From: an uncultured bacterium
GTDB taxonomy: Bacteria > Desulfobacterota_D > UBA1144 > Nemesobacterales > UBA2774
Direction of reading: 5' to 3'
Length of the DNA stretch: 64,000 nt
Assembly: GCA_963825135.1 (NCBI GenBank)
Contig: CAWGRW010000009.1
Coordinates: forward strand, 1,952,001 to 2,016,000
The notes beneath the pieces are model-generated. The model was given only the letters and a program-made list of their open reading frames with translations. It was not told the DNA's origin and ran no database searches. Both the position numbers and the translations under genes were made by a program. How positions within the stretch are numbered: the first letter of the stretch is position 1; each line of letters starts with the position of its first letter. Shown piece after piece: positions 60,758-64,000 of this stretch.

Positions 60758-60966
60758 GTTCTTATATCATATCTTATATCTGAATGGCGCTATGTCAAAT
60801 AAATTTGAATTGGGCCCGGAGGTTCGGGTTAAATAATAAGTCTGATGGCGTGGCTGACGGTAGCGATTAAATTGCGGGCGAGTTTGAAATATATACGGCC
60901 GACGATATACTGGTTCGCTGTGTTTTACGTGTAAAAATAGTCAATTATGTCAGGAGGTCCCGCAAT

Positions 60967-61965
60967 ATGGAATACGTTAAAATCCGCGGAACCGATATCG
61001 ACTCCTCCCGCATAGGTCTCGGATGCTGGGCAATTGGGGGCTGGCTCTGGGGCGGGAGCGACGAGCGGGAATCTATCGATACGATACTTTCGGCGCTTGG
61101 CAGGGGCATAAACCTCATCGACACCGCCGCGATCTATGGTTTCGGCAGGTCCGAGGAGATCGTCGGAAAGGCGCTCGCCGAGTACGGGCAGAGGGACAAG
61201 GTCGTCATAGCGACTAAAGCGGGACTCGACTGGACCAGCGGCAAGGTGTACCGGAATTCAGCTCGAGACCGAATCATAAAAGAGCTCGAAGACTCGCTAC
61301 GGAGGCTGAGGACGGATTACGTAGACATATACCAGGTACACTGGCCCGATTTCGATACGCCGATTGAGGAAGCCGCCCTGGCCATGAATGAGCTCTATGA
61401 AGCGGGGAAAATAAGGGCGGTCGGAGTGAGCAATTATTCAGTCGAGCACATGGACACCTTTAGGAGTAATGCGCCGCTCCACATATCGCAGCCGCCTTAC
61501 AATCTGTTCGAGCGCGGTATAGAGCGCGACGTTTTGCCATATTGCGAGGAGAACGGGATTACGATGCTATTTTACGGGGCTATCTGCCGCGGCCTCCTGA
61601 GCGGAAGGATGAAAGTGGATACTAGGTTCGAAGGGGACGATATACGGAAAGCTGATCCCAAGTTCAAGCAGCCGAGGTTCGGACAGTATTTGACTGCGGT
61701 CGGGAAGCTGGATGACTACGCGCGGAAGATATACGGGAAAAGAGTTATACACCTCGCGATACGCTGGATGCTCGACAGGGCCCCCGGTCACGTGGCGCTC
61801 TGGGGAGCGAGGCGGCCCGGCCAGCTCGATCCGGTTCAGGACATCATGGGCTGGTCTCTCAACAGGGATGACTTTGAAGCCGTAGACAAAATCCTTGACG
61901 AAACTATAACTGACCATGTCGGCCCGGAATTCATGGCGCCCCCCGTCCATAAGCCGGAGGACTGA
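60967..61965 (+). CDS. Aldo/keto reductase
   Basis: GLGCWAIGG, IDTAAIYGFG, IATK, DIYQVHWPD, GKIRAVGVSN, QPPYNL. Confidence 0.95.
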   Translation: MEYVKIRGTDIDSSRIGLGCWAIGGWLWGGSDERESIDTILSALGRGINLIDTAAIYGFGRSEEIVGKALAEYGQRDKVVIATKAGLDWTSGKVYRNSARDRIIKELEDSLRRLRTDYVDIYQVHWPDFDTPIEEAALAMNELYEAGKIRAVGVSNYSVEHMDTFRSNAPLHISQPPYNLFERGIERDVLPYCEENGITMLFYGAICRGLLSGRMKVDTRFEGDDIRKADPKFKQPRFGQYLTAVGKLDDYARKIYGKRVIHLAIRWMLDRAPGHVALWGARRPGQLDPVQDIMGWSLNRDDFEAVDKILDETITDHVGPEFMAPPVHKPED

Positions 61966-62007
61966 CGTGTGGGGGAGAGTGGGTTGTGACGGATCTCTGC
62001 GTGTACG

Positions 62008-62670
62008 TCAGGACTGGAAAGAGCTCAATAGTTGCGTATTGAGCTCGTCCATACTCTCGAGAATAATGTCGGCTTTTTCAAACTCCCCGCGGGTCAATCT
62101 CTTATCCGGGATCGCTATACAGAACATCCCGGCGCCGGTCGCTGACCTCACGCCATTGATCGAGTCCTCGATCGCCACACACTCGTAGGGTTTCACCCCC
62201 AGCCTTTCGGCGGTATGAAGGTATATGTCGGGATGCGGTTTTCCGTTTTCCGTGCACTCTCCGGAAACTACGACATCGAAATAATGATGGAGCGAAAACA
62301 TATTGAGAACGAAATTGATCACCCTCAGCGGGGAGCTCGAAGCCACGGCCAGGAGGTATTCGTCCAGCTTTAGCTCGTCAAGAAGCGGCATCAGGCCCGT
62401 GACAATCTCAAGCTCCTCTTCGTATATCGCGGTCAGTATTTCGATCCTTTCCGATATTATTTCATCGACGCTTTCACCGAGCGAGAACGTGTCTCTGAGG
62501 AGTTTTCCCGAGTCCTTCTGGTTTAGACCCACTATCCGGTCCCTGTACTCCGGGCTGTAGTCTATGTTTCTCCTCGAAAGTAATATCCTCTCCGTTTTTT
62601 CCCACAGGGGCTCGCTGTCTATCATTACGCCGTCCATATCAAAAATAACCGCTCTTATCATGGTTTTCAT
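62008..62670 (-). CDS. HAD-family phosphatase
   Basis: FDMDGVMIDSE, VASSS, KPHPDIY, IEDS.NG. Confidence 0.93.
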   Translation of the reverse strand: MKTMIRAVIFDMDGVMIDSEPLWEKTERILLSRRNIDYSPEYRDRIVGLNQKDSGKLLRDTFSLGESVDEIISERIEILTAIYEEELEIVTGLMPLLDELKLDEYLLAVASSSPLRVINFVLNMFSLHHYFDVVVSGECTENGKPHPDIYLHTAERLGVKPYECVAIEDSINGVRSATGAGMFCIAIPDKRLTRGEFEKADIILESMDELNTQLLSSFQS

Positions 62671-62818
62671 TCCAAACTACAGGCAGGGCAGGGTGATATG
62701 TGGTTCAAGGGTATGAGGTTACCTGATTATCCATCCCTGAAAAGGTATGAGTGTCCTTATGGCAAGGTCTTGCCGATTTATGCGAATATCGTTTGCCATT
62801 TGCTCCCGGACTAATGGG

Positions 62819-63127
62819 TCAGTCTATAGTAATGCCGAAGAACAGATTACCGGAGACAGGAGGATAGGCCGGAGCGTAATAAACCGGGGGTGCATATATA
62901 ACGGGAGGGGGTGGAGCATAGTAAACGTAGGGCCTGGGGTAATATCCGTAGGGCGCCCCGTAGTAGAAGTTGCCTGTGAAATAAGGACCCCGGTTGTAAT
63001 GATGCCCGTAGCCGCAATTATAATGTCCGTGTCCGTGATATCCATGTCCGTTACGAGCCAGGCTTGAAGCGGGAACTGCTATCATAAGAGCAATCATGAT
63101 TAAAATAGGTAATAATATTTGTTTCAT
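62819..63127 (-). CDS. Small exported His/Gly- and Tyr/Pro-rich protein
   Basis: AGGAGAG RBS; signal peptide ending ASSLA; GHGYHGHGH then YAPPP repeats. Confidence 0.75.
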   Translation of the reverse strand: MKQILLPILIMIALMIAVPASSLARNGHGYHGHGHYNCGYGHHYNRGPYFTGNFYYGAPYGYYPRPYVYYAPPPPVIYAPPVYYAPAYPPVSGNLFFGITID

Positions 63128-63301
63128 TTCTCTCTCCTAATAAATCCAGCCTTATATATATATAAACCCTAACTATCTTACAAAAGTCACAAAATCTCTT
63201 TTTTCAGTCCCTAATTCCAATTATCCCTAACGGATTAATCCGGTTCAACAAATATTTTAGTCCGGGTGAAAATTGTGTTTTTTGACGGATTTTCGCTTGG
63301 T

Positions 63302-64000
63302 TTAACGCTTATCGGGGTCTACGTGGACGGTAACTTCGGAGTTGCCGATTTTGTCTTTGATCTCGCTTACTATTTGTTCCGCTATTTCATGCGACTCAAC
63401 GAAAGTGAGCGTGTGGTCCATAACGACATGGAATTCGACGAATTTGACCGACCCGGCGTTCCTGGTCTTGAGCTTGTGATAGCTCTTGACGTCGGGATTG
63501 AACCTCATGATTAGATCTTCGATCTCCCTTACCATATCGGGCGGGAGTTCCTTGTCCATTAATATGTCGATGGACTCGATCAAAATATCCTTAGTCGACC
63601 AGACGATAAATGCAGCGACGAGTATGGAGATTACGGGGTCGATAACGTTGAATCCGGTCAGCTTGATAACCAGCAGCCCTGCCAGTATGCCCCCGTTCGT
63701 GTACAAGTCGAATTTGTAGTGGAGGCTGTCCGCGCTGAGGATCAGGCTCCCGGTTTCCTCCGCGACTCTATTGATGTGTCTCGTCAGGAAGAAGCTGACG
63801 ATCATAGATAGGGCAATAACCGCGATTCCCCACCCGACCGATACAAGGTTCTCTCCTTCGAGAAGCCTCGAGATTGAAAGGTATATGAGATAGATGGCGG
63901 AGGACACGATAATGAATGTCTGAAATAGTCCGGCTAGCCCTTCAGCTTTTCCGTGTCCGAACTTATGGTCGTGGTCTGCCGGCTTTTCGGATTTCCGTAT
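63302..64000 (-). CDS. Cation diffusion facilitator (FieF-like), 5' end outside the window
   Basis: Open frame to the window edge: PADHDHKFGHGKAE, ADSLHY..D, DPVIS, ESHEI, VHVDP. Confidence 0.92.
   Translation of the reverse strand: MRKSEKPADHDHKFGHGKAEGLAGLFQTFIIVSSAIYLIYLSISRLLEGENLVSVGWGIAVIALSMIVSFFLTRHINRVAEETGSLILSADSLHYKFDLYTNGGILAGLLVIKLTGFNVIDPVISILVAAFIVWSTKDILIESIDILMDKELPPDMVREIEDLIMRFNPDVKSYHKLKTRNAGSVKFVEFHVVMDHTLTFVESHEIAEQIVSEIKDKIGNSEVTVHVDPDKR

Noticed and set aside
52320..60900. Cus locus as a mobile genomic island
   Set aside because: No integrase, transposase, tRNA or flanking att repeats seen.

Overview
A 64-kb stretch of bacterial chromosome, roughly mid-50s % GC by eye. 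Gene content and order suggest a diderm of the Desulfobacterota/'Dadabacteria' type, which is an inference only. Most of the window is core genome: the rpoN-hpf-ptsN-hprK-rapZ-EIIA operon, leuCD, eno, a MacAB-TolC-type exporter, hemW, dprA, ugd, topA, ispG, mutL-gmhA, yacG-efp, an ECF sigma/anti-sigma/Spy triad, the rimP-nusA-infB-DUF503-rbfA-nrnA-truB-rpsO-pnp-miaA cluster, ccmG/H-like genes and a GAF-GAF-GGDEF cyclase. The main accessory block (52.3-60.8 kb, minus strand) is a Cu/Ag efflux locus: a Cys/His-rich leader ORF ending in HDPPD, then cusC-cusB-cusA, a Met-rich Spy-like protein, a stranded duplicate of the cusA 3' end, a cytochrome c and a TRASH/YHS protein. The best candidate for an undescribed system is this locus, where the leader may be a metal-sensing ribosome-arrest uORF. 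Other notable observations: likely CTG start codons for both rbfA and truB, a sigma54-like box over the rpoN transcription start, an EF-P with Gln at the normally modified Lys, a +1 frameshift in infB, five different palindromic REP-like units in one spacer, several apparently leaderless genes, and an OmpA-partner module between two atypical LuxR regulators. I found no rRNA, tRNA, CRISPR array or transposase. All family assignments come from motif recognition by eye, not from database searches.
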